From the NCBI GenBank assembly GCA_000004985.1, contig GG738910.1: a stretch of DNA of 64,000 nt; one strand, written 5' to 3'. The position numbers and the translations under genes were made by a program. The notes beneath the pieces are model-generated. The model searched no databases. It saw only the letters and a program-made list of their open reading frames with translations, and was not told the DNA's origin. The stretch is from Naegleria gruberi (lineage: Eukaryota). Numbering within the stretch: the first letter of the stretch is position 1; each line of letters begins with the position of its first letter. Below, piece by piece: positions 45,304 to 56,479 of the stretch.

Positions 45304-46399
45304 ATGATTTTCTTAGAAGCTGGAAACAAAATTATTCAAGAAATCCTTCTCAAGCAATTTGATGCTTCGTACGTATTTGATGTTTTTAGCTTGATGTTTT
45401 ACTAACAACACCACAACATTTAATCTTTAATCTATTCTTTATACTGTGTAAATTAATATAACAACAACATACCATGATTCAATTTATCATCGCTCACATA
45501 TTAACAACAAAAACAGAACAAGACAACCAAGCGTCCATGTTAACGGAGGTGATTTTGATGGTACTAAATTTGTTATTCAATCTGATGCTGGTAATAAGAA
45601 CCTTCTCACCTTGTCCATCTATGTTCATGGTGAAAAGGAATTTAATCAATATGGAGGTATTGAATTGGTCAAGAAAACTTTACCAGGATTGGATGTTAAA
45701 GCACCAGGTTTAACAGTCGATGATCAAAAACATACTTTCACAGTTACTATTGATGTTGAAAAGGAAGAAAAGAATAAGGACAAGTGGTTAAAGGAATTGC
45801 CACGTGTCAAAACTACATATATGAGTGCTGTCTTTTTGCAAGCCATGGATAAACACGCAAAGGGAGAACAATTCGAACCAATCAAAGTTCCATACAGACC
45901 AGATGAAAATATTTACATTATTTCTTATAAGGGCAAGTCTTTGGTTGTTGTTTATAGTATTTTGTTCAGAGATCCTGATGATGTCGTTTTTGCCAATGGT
46001 TTCTTGTGTGAATTCAAGGATGCCAAGAAGGATCGTGCTCTCAATGCTGCTCCAAATATGAACTTTTCACAAGGTCAATTGGCTGGTGAATTGGTTGACG
46101 TAAAGAGTGTTACTGAACCAAAGGACGAAAGAACTTTGAAGAAGGAAGGTTGGGGCTTTGTTTCTATTGGTTTGTTGGATAATCATACCAAGGCTGATAA
46201 GCAATTGAATACTGCTGAATTATTGCTTGGTTTCCGTTCATATTTGCACTACCATTTGAAGTGTATGAAGGCTTACATGCACATTCGTATGAGAGAATCT
46301 GTTGAAAAGTTAATGTTGAACTTGAATGCTGCTAAGGATTTGAGCGGTAAGAAGACTGAAAAGAAGACCATGTCTGGTAGAACTTTCAAACAACAATAA
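45304..46399 (+). CDS. arpc2: Arp2/3 complex subunit 2 (ARPC2/p34-Arc); join(45304..45368,45517..46399), 148-nt intron GTACGT..TACTAAC..CAG
   Basis: Exon 1 MIFLEAGNKIIQEILLKQFDAS matches the ARPC2 N-terminus ([23 protein letters not shown]). Exon 2 ...DFDGTKFVIQS...LSIYVHGEKEF...GFRSYLHYHLKCMKAYMHIRMR aligns with the conserved core and the RxYLHYHIKCSKAY block. The first AG after the TACTAAC branch point is the acceptor. Confidence 0.9.
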
Positions 46400-46739
46400 C
46401 TTGTTTGAGTGAGAGAACATAATGACATCAGTGTCATTCACATCTTTTTGTAGTTATAAAATCACCTTATTTATTTATTTATAATTAAGTAGACTCATAT
46501 TGATGATTATTCTCAATCATATCTTCCACATTTGTATGGGGAATACCCTAACGTTTATAAAAACAAAATACTGTTTTACATGCACAAAAGCTTGTCAAGG
46601 TTGCAACTTCTCCCTCAACTATAATATAATATGGAAACTGGATAGAAAAAAGTACTGAAATCTACATAGATTTTAAACAATGCAAATATCTAAGCAAGTT
46701 ATATTGTTCCTTAATGATATTGAGGTCTCATTCTACTTT

Positions 46740-47060
46740 TCCTTTTACTAGTTCCTCGAATTGAGACTTTTTCTCCCATCCTAATTCAGTTTCAGCCTTT
46801 GTTGTTGGGTCACTAATAAACTTGTGTTGCAGGTCTGAAAGTTTTCATTCCTTTGTATGGCCCAATCTCTTTTGAACAGCCCTACAAATCAAAGAGTACA
46901 CCGTATGGTAAGATTAAGAAAAAGGCCAAAATTCTCAAAGATCTCACGCCCACTCCTTCTCGTCCCTCGTTCAAGCTTAGTAGAGGATCGGACCGTCCGT
47001 ACCTGATCATATCATTTCCTCATTCCATGCTCCTAGCCGACTTTGGGATGTTGAAATGTC
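46740..47060 (-). pseudogene. decayed fragment of a second GDP-mannose 4,6-dehydratase gene (C-terminal ~100 codons) with frameshifts and stops
   Basis: Minus-strand translation gives ...[29 protein letters not shown], versus ...[31 protein letters not shown] in the intact GMD at 20.2 kb. Upstream pieces seen: FRPATQVY ([13 protein letters not shown]) and REIFENFGLFLN ([15 protein letters not shown]), read in shifted frames. The region is locally GC-rich. Confidence 0.6.
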
Positions 47061-47145
47061 CAAGTCTGCCTTAATACCACTCCCTTCAATTCAACAAACA
47101 GATCATAGGCTTAAAAAATCAAGTTTCTTGAAATTAACTACAAAC

Positions 47146-48683
47146 ATGAAAGAAAAAATGCAAAAGAATCAATTGATTATCACGTTGGTTGTCTTATTGA
47201 GTGTGGTCGCTTGTACTGTCTATGGTTTCTCAGCTAATCCATGCACATTCTGTCAAACAAGTTTTGATATGGTTGCTACAGATAAGAGTAAGTATGATAT
47301 TTCTTTTTGAATGGTCATGAACTCGTTGCATGAATAATCCATTCAATCCTCAACCGATTAATCCAACTCCAGTGAAGCAATTAGTTCCTCCAGTTGCTCC
47401 ACAAAACGCAAGTGAAACTGCCATCTTTTCTGATAGTAACGGAAATGCCACAACTAATAGTTCTTCGATCTTGAATGGCACCTTGGTAACTTCACACTCA
47501 ACTCAACTCATAGTCTTCATATTAATGGAAGCATTGAACACGCCAACGGTTCTATTACAGTTGGTAATTTGACCTTTGAAGGTGATTTCCATGCCAGTGG
47601 AATTATTGCCATGATTAATGACTCTTTGATTGTTGATGGTTCATCTTTAATCAATGGTTCAATTGATCACGGATTGATTCAAGTAAATGGTAGTGTTGCT
47701 TCTAATGGTTCCTTAATGATTTCCATCTCAACTTGGTTCTCTAATGGGTCTCTCTTAATTAATGGATCGTTCGATACTGATGAAGGAAATGCTTTTGAAT
47801 TGAATGGTACTTTGGGTCATAGTGGTGGTTTCGTCTATTCAAACCAGTCTTGGAACACTAATGGTTCCTTGACCATTCAAGGTGATTTGATTCTTCCTTC
47901 CATGGACGAATTCAGTGGTACTCTTCAAGTTAATGGTACTGTTAATTCCTCAATCAGTGGTGATTTGAGCATCATCGGTTCCATGCTTTTAGATGGTTCT
48001 TTCAATGGAAATGAAACTGATTTCAACATGAACGGTATTTTGACACACAACGGTTTGTTCTTCCAAGATAATGAAACTGTTCACATTGCTGGTTCATTGG
48101 TTTTTGAAGGTAACATGTCTCCCATCCAACAACTCACTTAATGGAACTGCTGTTATCGATGGTACCATGAAATCCTCAGATGGTCAATTGTATATTAATG
48201 GTTCAATGATTATCAGTGGTACATTCTTGAGTAATGAAAATCTTGAATTGAGTGGTTATTTGGCTAATAACGGTTCATTCTTAATTGATAACTCCTCCAT
48301 GACAAGTAATGGTTCTCGAAATGACTGGTACCATTTCATTGCCATGCTCAACCTTAATTGATGGTAATTTGACTGTCAATGGTAACTTGAACTCAACAGT
48401 TGGAAGTATGTTAACTATCAATGGAACTACCCATGTTAATGGTAACTTGACATTGAGCCATGCCTTACTCATCACTGGTAACTTGACAATTCACGGAACT
48501 GTTCATTTGAATAACACAAATGTTGCAATCATTGTTCAAGGGGGCGATTTCACATCTGTTGGTGGTATTGTTGCTAATAACACTGCTGATGGTGCTTTGA
48601 GAGCTGACAATGTTTTAACTTTCATGAATATTACTGATATGACTTTCACTAGTATCAAGGTGAAGAGTACAATGAAGTAATTG
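47146..48683 (+). pseudogene. secreted Asn/Gly/Ser-rich beta-helix-like repeat protein gene, interrupted by at least three frame changes (possible pseudogene or sequence errors)
   Basis: Signal peptide MKEKMQKNQLIITLVVLLSVVACTVYG, then possible intron GTAAGT (47288) to AG (47372). The same repeat family (..NGSLxIxGxL.., dense N-x-S/T sequons) then continues through four consecutive track ORFs (47330, 47569, 48071, 48309) that each use a different frame. The switches fall at a CTCAA microsatellite, a CCC run and near TCTCGA. Confidence 0.45.
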
Positions 48684-48938
48684 AAACTCTGTAACCATAT
48701 GGATTAATTGGTAAGAATGTTGTTAAATAGTTTACAAAATAAGAGTTTGGCAAAAAAATTTTCTTTGAATCATATCTTACTACCTTATCGCAAAGGTTCC
48801 AGTCAACGAATCGACCATTAAATATTTCATCTAGTGAAGTTCACAAAATTCTAAGCAAACCTGTTGATTGGACAAGAATGTTGTGAGATGGCTTGGCAAT
48901 CTGGAGATTCATTTACTGGCATTTTAGTGTTAGAACTA

Positions 48939-49853
48939 TCATTGAAAAATTGAAATTTCTTTGGATTTGTTATTAATAACATAGAGTAAACCAGTTCTCT
49001 TATCAACAAACAATCCAAAATTTCTTGAAAAGGCATTAGAATCTTCAAATGTTTTTACAATTGAGAAATCAAACAATCTAATGACAAAAATTCGATGATT
49101 TTCAGTATCCGATAAGTAAACTAATCCAGATTCCTTCTCATAAAATATTGAATAGGCAGTTGAACACTTGGGAATGACCACTCTTCTTTTAGAGATCCAA
49201 TTATTTTCTTGCTTTTTGAAAATTTCCAAAGATTGTTGATTGGATGTTAATATTTCACTTTCAGATAAAAATTCAATTCCATATCCATTAACTAAACTAA
49301 TCCCATCTTCACCTTCATCCTTTCCTGTTTCCTTATTTGCTTTACAAACTACTGATCTATTGTAATCAAGAAAAAACACTTGATTTCCCATCAAATCCAA
49401 CCCCCAAATATTCGTGTTTGATTTTTTACATTCCCACACAATTCCTTCCTTTCCTTCCATCAAATCCTTCACTCTAATTTTAATAATTCCTCCACTTGTA
49501 CTTGCATAAATAAATTCCTCTGAATTCTCATTCACCAATCGCAAACAATGAAACACAAATTCCTTATACTTGACAGCAAATAAAAGGGAATTTTCAGAGG
49601 TGACAACTTTTGATTTATCGAAAATCATTAATGATGATCCACCAACTACAATAATTACGTCGAAACAATTAGAAATTGCAATATCAAAGCTCGGCTCGAA
49701 ATTAGCAACATTCAACGTTCGTACAAGTTTAAAATTTAAAGAAAATTGGAGGAATTTGGAAGCGAGTGATTGCTTTAAATATTTAAATAATTGATCAATG
49801 TTGTTGTCTTCCGAGGAGGATTTTAGATCAATTAGTGAAATGATTGTTGACAT
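48939..49853 (-). CDS. NHL-repeat/beta-propeller-like protein
   Basis: Real ATG. NHL-type strands seen: YVSDTENHRIFVI, LLYVINNKSKEISIF, IIKIRVKD. Confidence 0.5.
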   Translation of the reverse strand: MSTIISLIDLKSSSEDNNIDQLFKYLKQSLASKFLQFSLNFKLVRTLNVANFEPSFDIAISNCFDVIIVVGGSSLMIFDKSKVVTSENSLLFAVKYKEFVFHCLRLVNENSEEFIYASTSGGIIKIRVKDLMEGKEGIVWECKKSNTNIWGLDLMGNQVFFLDYNRSVVCKANKETGKDEGEDGISLVNGYGIEFLSESEILTSNQQSLEIFKKQENNWISKRRVVIPKCSTAYSIFYEKESGLVYLSDTENHRIFVIRLFDFSIVKTFEDSNAFSRNFGLFVDKRTGLLYVINNKSKEISIFQ

Positions 49854-50097
49854 TTTTTAATAATACATTTGAGAGATATGAGGCTGTTCCTAAAATAATT
49901 ACTATTTGATGAAAATAATCCACTAATATCAATTACTATCACTACAATATAATGTTGAGTTACATGATGTGTGTAAACCACCAAACTCCGAAATATAATC
50001 ACTAAGAATTACTAGTTGAAATTAGTATTTCATTTTGGCGCCTTACTAACCGTAAACTTTCAAGTTCGCCGCCATATGTAATTTCACCTTAAAAAAA

Positions 50098-50910
50098 ATG
50101 AAAAAAGAAATCTCCCTTAGCACATTTTTTAAGTAAGTGCCTTGTTAAATTATTAAAAACTGAAAATGTTTAAGGGGAGAGAAGAAACGTAAAATAGATT
50201 GCGTTTCGGAAGAGTTTGAGGATGAAGAGGGAGTTTGGGTCCTGATATATGGAACATTTGGAATGTTAAATTGGCCTGGTTTGTATGATAAGAAGAATCA
50301 CAAGGCAATAATATTGAATGTCGATGATTTAGGTGATTATGAGGTATTATCGGTCCTTGATTTTTCATTATGTGATTCGGATGTTTTCATGACCAAAGTA
50401 CCTGATTATCTTCAAAGTTCTTGGAAGAGTGCTTTGGAATTAACGAATAATAATACAAAAGAGGAATTAATAATGAAACACGTTTTTGAAAAACAAGAAA
50501 AGACTGTTATTGATAGAATAGAGGCAGAGAACAATGATGTTGCTCCTGACTTGCCACTAAGTACAAAATCTTTTCTTGCAAAAGGTTTGATTTCTCTTAA
50601 ACCAACAGGCATAGTGTTTGATGATAATAGGGACATGTTAAAAGTTGAAGAAGATATGGAGTGTGTGTTTGATAGGGACAAAATAGAAAATGTTGATTGT
50701 CCTATTGAGTTCTCCAAAAAACTGTTCCTCTCCTACAAAAACAACAATCCAACTCCATTACTGTCACCACTGTATGCATTACAGAACATGTATTTTGAAC
50801 AAAATTCAGAAATGAACTATCAGGAAACTCTTTCTATTCTGTTTGCCTATCTCATTAGTATTTCAAATGGAAACTTGGCCTCTACTGAGTATGTTCACCA
50901 ATTCTTTTAA
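50098..50910 (+). CDS. hypothetical protein (256 aa model); join(50098..50132,50175..50910), 42-nt intron GTAAGT..TTTAAG
   Basis: Track ORF 50263.. is open upstream to 50164 without an ATG. Upstream ATGAAAAAAGAAATCTCCCTTAGCACATTTTTTAA|GTAAGT splices in frame (MKKEISLSTFFK GEKKRKIDC...). Confidence 0.5.
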
Positions 50911-50969
50911 ATTCCAACTTTAACTCTTTTAGAAATGTCAGACAACAATCACCTGAAAATCAAACTAGA

Positions 50970-52745
50970 TTGGCTTCATATTTCACAACAAAATATTTCC
51001 TGCCTGATAAAATATTGACTCGCAGAAATATTATTCAAGACTATGATTGGAGATGCTTTTTTGGAGAATGGAAACCAGTGGAAGTGGATACAATTTACGA
51101 CCATCCAGACTTTAAGAAAATTGTGTTACTAATGAGAGGATCTTTAAAAGAATTGATGAATAAGTTGTTCTCAAATAATTTACTTAATTCAGATACTGAA
51201 CTGGACAACTTTGGATCGCTCTCTTGTGGGACTAAAATTTGCTTTTTAAGACTTTTTCTTGTACCAAAGAGTAGAAATACTGACATTTTTTGTTATTGTT
51301 TTAGATTATTCAGTTCGGAATGGTATGATATTAAAACATCGAAAGGAAGAGCAAAAGTTATATCAATAATTCTTCAAATTGGAAAAAACTGCTTGAATAA
51401 GAATTTCAATGAAGTCAAAAAAAAGGTGGCAACAATATCTGACACACCAACAACTTCAAAGTCCAGGACAGATCCAGGACCTTTTGATATAACCAATCAG
51501 TCAATTATGATACATCAATTATTCCCTCAACATTTGTTATACGAATTTAAAACACCCGATGATGCTATTGAACATTTTTCTCTAATACTACGATATCCAG
51601 TACCTGTTGAAGAAATAGTTCAAAAAGAATACAAAAGGTCTTTTATCAAAAATTATCTGAACCAAAAAGGAAGAACCTTACTGTTTTTTACAAAGGAAAA
51701 ACCTTTCGAATTGAATGTTTGTCCAAGGGGACAATTATGTCCCCATCCTATGAATGAAATTCAGTTGTTGTCCAGTATTAAAGGAGAGAAGCAGACTTAT
51801 AGGTATTGGTTAGTTAAAGTTTCAATGAGAACAATTGAATATATATATTCTAGAATTGAAGATGGACACGATCAAGAGGATTTTGAGGACGATGAAAGGG
51901 AGGATGATGAAAGGAAAGGCGATTATAACAAAGATAATAACAATGATCAAAGCGATAACAACAATACTTCTCTTTTTCGTCTTTCCCAAAGTATTCATGA
52001 TCTTGATTTAGGATCAGACTTTAGCAACTTGCAAATGGAAAAACTAGAACAAAAATCAATTCTAGGAACCATACAATATAAGAATAAGGAATCGTATTTC
52101 AAGATTACAAATAGAGAATTTGATAATGTGTTTGTAATGAAATTGATGCAAGAAATTAGAGACCCTAATATTTGCAATATTTTCTATTATGGACCTGTAA
52201 ATAGCCAACTAAATATTACAGTTCAAGAAAAATTATTAAACTATGATGAGCTGATAAAAAAGATGCAAAGCAATCAAGAATATCAAGGAAATTCCATAAT
52301 AAGAACCATCATACTGAAGACATTGATAGGTTGTTTACATGCTCTTAAATGCATTCATAATAAGGGCATTGTTCATTGTGATGTCAGTGTTCATAATATT
52401 ATGTTTAGAATGAAAACCAGTTGCGATTTCGATGCTGTTTTAATAGATTTCAATAACTCGAAATACTTGAATTCCAATCAACCAAGTATATTGAATTACA
52501 AAGATGATTACACACCCCAAGATCCGAATATCAGATTCACGGTAAAACATGATATATTCGCTCTATCTGTGGTTATTAAAAAGTTAATGGCCAACTACTC
52601 CAGTGTTTGTGAAGAGATTTGTAGTGACATTCATTTTGAAGAATACAACATTATTCCAATCTCCAATTGTATGGAGAAAATGAGTGCACTTAAGTATTCA
52701 AGAGTTACTGAAGTATTGGATGACATTGTCTCCATGACCATTTAA
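50970..52745 (+). CDS. protein-kinase-like domain protein (probable pseudokinase/atypical kinase); true 5' end unresolved (track start is TTG)
   Basis: C-terminal kinase-like core: VMK (VAIK-like), HNKGIVHCDVSVHNIMF (HRD-like with Asp and Asn kept, Lys replaced), VLIDFNNS (DFG>DFN). No glycine loop. N-terminal 400 aa unassigned, with an acidic D/E/N linker. Confidence 0.55.
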   Translation: MASYFTTKYFLPDKILTRRNIIQDYDWRCFFGEWKPVEVDTIYDHPDFKKIVLLMRGSLKELMNKLFSNNLLNSDTELDNFGSLSCGTKICFLRLFLVPKSRNTDIFCYCFRLFSSEWYDIKTSKGRAKVISIILQIGKNCLNKNFNEVKKKVATISDTPTTSKSRTDPGPFDITNQSIMIHQLFPQHLLYEFKTPDDAIEHFSLILRYPVPVEEIVQKEYKRSFIKNYLNQKGRTLLFFTKEKPFELNVCPRGQLCPHPMNEIQLLSSIKGEKQTYRYWLVKVSMRTIEYIYSRIEDGHDQEDFEDDEREDDERKGDYNKDNNNDQSDNNNTSLFRLSQSIHDLDLGSDFSNLQMEKLEQKSILGTIQYKNKESYFKITNREFDNVFVMKLMQEIRDPNICNIFYYGPVNSQLNITVQEKLLNYDELIKKMQSNQEYQGNSIIRTIILKTLIGCLHALKCIHNKGIVHCDVSVHNIMFRMKTSCDFDAVLIDFNNSKYLNSNQPSILNYKDDYTPQDPNIRFTVKHDIFALSVVIKKLMANYSSVCEEICSDIHFEEYNIIPISNCMEKMSALKYSRVTEVLDDIVSMTI

Positions 52746-53433
52746 CGTATACAAATAGCAAATATCTAAGAGCAGAAATAGTTTGCTTACTGAATATGAT
52801 CTATTCCAAAATCTCCATCCTCTGTTCGAACAATAGCAAAATGATATCTAGCAAGAATGTGAACTGGATTATCTACAAATTCAAAGATACATGTTGAAGA
52901 AGATTTGATTGTTCATCTTGTAATTACATGAATTTTGGAAAGTTGTATATAGCTCAATGTGGTTCAAAAATGGTTTGCCACCTTCAAGTGTACCAAAACA
53001 TGTGATCACACGTCTTTAACACGGCACATGTTGAGGAAATTCATATGCTCATCATCCATATGTACATGCGTTGTGGTAGTTACTCTGTGTAAATGAACCA
53101 GCTCCTTGTATTGTTGTGAGATTAAGGAGTTCTGTTTTTTTAGTTTCAGAGTGAGATGGTGTATTATATTTTTATAGAAAATCATCACTGTCTTTCATTA
53201 TTTACCATTATAGAGAAGGCCCTTAATTGAACATTAAGGCCGTGTTGCCACTTTTAGAGAAGATTACAATGTGAAGAAGAGTTGACGGTTTATTTTGATT
53301 GTATAAACTTTATTTTGAGCTTGTAAATTCATCAAGGAGAGAACTCATCTTTTTCGTATGGATTATTGTTCCTCTTGGCAATTATTATGATGATTAAAAA
53401 GAGAAGAATGGAGAAGGGTAATTAGTCATTTTA

Positions 53434-54477
53434 TTAATTTAACGAACTTGTGTTGTAATTATCATTTTCATCATCAGATCCATCATCAGATTCAGAGTAA
53501 TACGGTACAGATTCATCATTTTCATCTGCTGTGCAAAGAGTTATTCTGCCTTGCCTTGCTTCATCATAAATTTGCTCAATTTCGGCTGCTGACATCTCGG
53601 CACCTCTTGTTTTATGGTTATAATTGATATGATACAACTTAACTCTTTCTGCTTCATATTCCAACAATGAAACAGTTTTATAATCTTTCTGGCTTGAAAT
53701 AAAATTGTTTTCCACCAAGTTGGCATAGAGGCCTTGGTCCTTATTGAATAACATTTGGATGATTTTGCTTCTGCATGGGTGAGAATGTAGTTTCAGATTA
53801 CTAAATTCTGAGTTGTTGTCAGTATTGAATTTTGGGAGATTGTCAAGAGAGCTACTAAGAACGTCTCCAAAAATGGAATAGATCACATATGTCTCACCAT
53901 ATGAAAACCAAACTCTGTCTAAATGTAATTGTACATTCTTGTTGTTTTTGAAAAGAAACTTGGATCTGTGTACTTTCATTGGATAGGTGAAACAAAAGTA
54001 CTCCATACTTTGGAACCTGACATAATCTGTATCTGATTCTTCAATTCTTGTCTCTGAAAAACTAATTGGGTAAATTTCATTTCTGTATGCAGACGATTCT
54101 GCCAGAGTTTCATTTGTTTTAACAGAAAAACCCATTTGTTTCCCTTGATGTTGCACTCGCTTAATCCACAACTTGTGGTTCATGAAATAATTTCCTGGAG
54201 TATCAAAGAAAGCTTCCTCAAACTCATCATATCCAACAAAATATAGATTGGGACGTAACAGCTTTTTAAAATCCTCTCTTCCCATCACAAACGAATACTT
54301 TACACGAACCTTCTCGGCACTGTCAATACGATTTGTTGCTGCCTTGAATAGAAAGTCAGGAAAAACAGAATATTCCAGCACCAAAGTTGCTGTTTTGTGG
54401 TTTGAAACTTTCGACTGGCAATAAGTTACGAACTCGGCATATGGAGGAGGCCTGTACTATTCATTTTTTTTCTTCAT
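53434..54477 (-). CDS. CYTH-domain (thiamine-triphosphatase-like) protein; ORF preceded by ATG..(6 codons)..TAG in the same frame
   Basis: EEAFFDTPGNYF (CYTH FxDxYYDTP block) and KLWIKRVQ (WxxRxR) resemble ThTPase/CYTH. The track ORF starts at TTG. The frame is open upstream to a TAG that lies 6 codons after an in-frame ATG (54477..54475). Confidence 0.5.
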
Positions 54478-54602
54478 GTATTGCTGGAAACTTGAGGCTT
54501 AATCTCAAACCTTACTCAATTGTTAAACAATTCACAACTAAGCGGTAGATTAAGGACTTGTTTAATTATAAAAAGGAGTAAATGTCGACTGACATGTAAA
54601 TA

Positions 54603-56401
54603 TTAATGTTCACACAAGGAAAATTCTCTTTCATATTGTTCGTTTTTGTCATCTCTCTTATACTTTCTGTGATCCATGAGAATTTCACGAGTTTCATTTG
54701 CTTGTTCCTCAGTCATTTGTGGAATGAAGGGAATGACATTTTTCACAAGCACTGGATAGGTAATCTTTTGAGCTAACGAGAAGGAATTTGAAATAATGAC
54801 ATCTCTTCTCTGATTATCAATGTGACTTGTTGAGATAATTGGTGCATCTGGATCAACAAAGAAAAAGACAAGGATTTTTCTAGTTGCTGTCTTTTTTGGG
54901 TCTTCAGGGAAGAAATGTTTCACTCTGTGTTGATTTGTATTTGGGAAAATGATGCATTTACCTTCAGTTGTCTTGACCTTTCCAATTACTTCACATAATT
55001 TGTCTCCGTCATGAATCTGAATTTCCAATTAATTTCCAAAATAAAAAGTCAACTTACACCAAATCGTTCCCAAGCTTGCAAAACATTATCCTGTTCAATG
55101 TAATAAAAGTTTTCCTCACGTAACGATTGTCTAAATTCCAAGAAACTTTGCTTAATATTTTGACATTCATAATAGAAAATGCCAGTTGCCACAATATTCT
55201 CAGTATCTCCCTCAGTATGCCAAGTTCCTCCTGGATAGAAACCTTGTTCTGGAGTGACAATTACATTAGCTGCCTTGACAATTACTTGAACCTTATCCTT
55301 AATGTTAACAAAATTGTTGACAGGTTCAATAAAATGTGATAAGACTTCACAAATGGTATCTTGCAAATCCTTTTGAGTAATTGGATTAACATTGTTAATA
55401 TAAGATAGAGGAGTAACCTTATTATCACTATCCACTTTGAAATCAGTTGGTATCCATTGAGTTTCAGCAACTCCAACACGAACTTCACCTTTCTTTTCAT
55501 TCAAAACACTCAACTCTTTCGAATAGCAATACAAAGAAGGATGAATAATATCCAAAACTTGTTGATTTGAACCTGGATGCCAATCTAACTTGTCAACTGG
55601 AGTATTTTCCACAATTTCGTTCAATTGTTTCTTTAACCTTTCAGTCAAATCTGCAGGAATTAAATTTTCCTTTTCGAGACAAACATAGCTTGAAACACCT
55701 CTTTCATCAAATGCACAATGGGCACAGGGACACAAACAGAATTTTGTAGATCTTGGGTAATAACCTTCTTCTTCTTCTTCTTCGTCATCTTCAATTATTT
55801 CGTCATCATCTTCAATCACTTCGTCTTCATTTTCATTCATTTCGTCTTCATTGTCTTCATCTTCCTCATTTTCGTCTAGTTTCTTTTTAATTTTCTGGTC
55901 AGCATTACCTTCTGCTTTCTTTTTTTCCTCCTCTTGAACTTTCTTCTTTTTCTTTTCAGGTTCTTCTTCAGTACTTTCGAATAATGTTTCATTCTCATCA
56001 ATTGTCTTCTCCTCTCTATCACTCCAATTTTTAATTTTCTTTGGATTGGCATTGCAACAACCACAACAACGTTTCCTATAGGTAGAAATTTCAAGTAAAT
56101 CGTTCAAAATATCCATCGCTACGAGGAAACTACTTTCGGATATTCCTTGTGAAATAGTTTCCTTTCTCCATTTTGCAACAATGGTATTGAATATGATCTT
56201 TTCTTGCCAATTGTCCTTGTCTAGTATTTGGCGAACAATCTTTTCGGCATCTAGTGGATTGACCTGAACTCTTGGATGTCTGTGTGAAATAAATTCTTCT
56301 TCCTCTTGAGAAGATTCTTCAAATTCTTCTTCGTCTTCTTCGTTACCAGAGATTTGGCTGGTTGGCTCTTCTTCGGTATCGCTGAGTGATCGTTTCGACA
56401 T
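54603..56401 (-). CDS. DUF4246-like (putative 2OG-Fe(II)-oxygenase-superfamily) protein with acidic low-complexity insert; complement(join(54603..55016,55058..56401)), 41-nt intron GTAAGT..AATTCAG
   Basis: Track ORFs 55049..56401 and 54603..55028 are joined by removing GTAAGTTGAC...AATTCAG, giving ...QAWERFG|IHDGDKLCEV... in phase. Motifs WHTEG, TNQHRVKHF and Cys clusters CCGCC/CLCPCAHC are as in fungal DUF4246 proteins. Confidence 0.55.
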
Positions 56402-56479
56402 TTTTTTGTGGAATTTGATGAGAGATTCTCACTGATTAGTATCTGTAATTACAATGGTGTGTATTTTAAAAGTACATGT

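Noticed and set aside
46850-47050. GC-rich island with local resemblance to 5S rRNA on both strands (GTCCGATC...AAGCT..GAGTGGGCGTGA on the minus strand; GGCCCAATCTC..TGAACAGCCC on the plus strand)
   Set aside because: The two 5S-like halves lie on opposite strands, so they cannot form one molecule. The interval translates on the minus strand into a recognisable GMD C-terminus, so the GC-richness is residual coding bias of a pseudogene.
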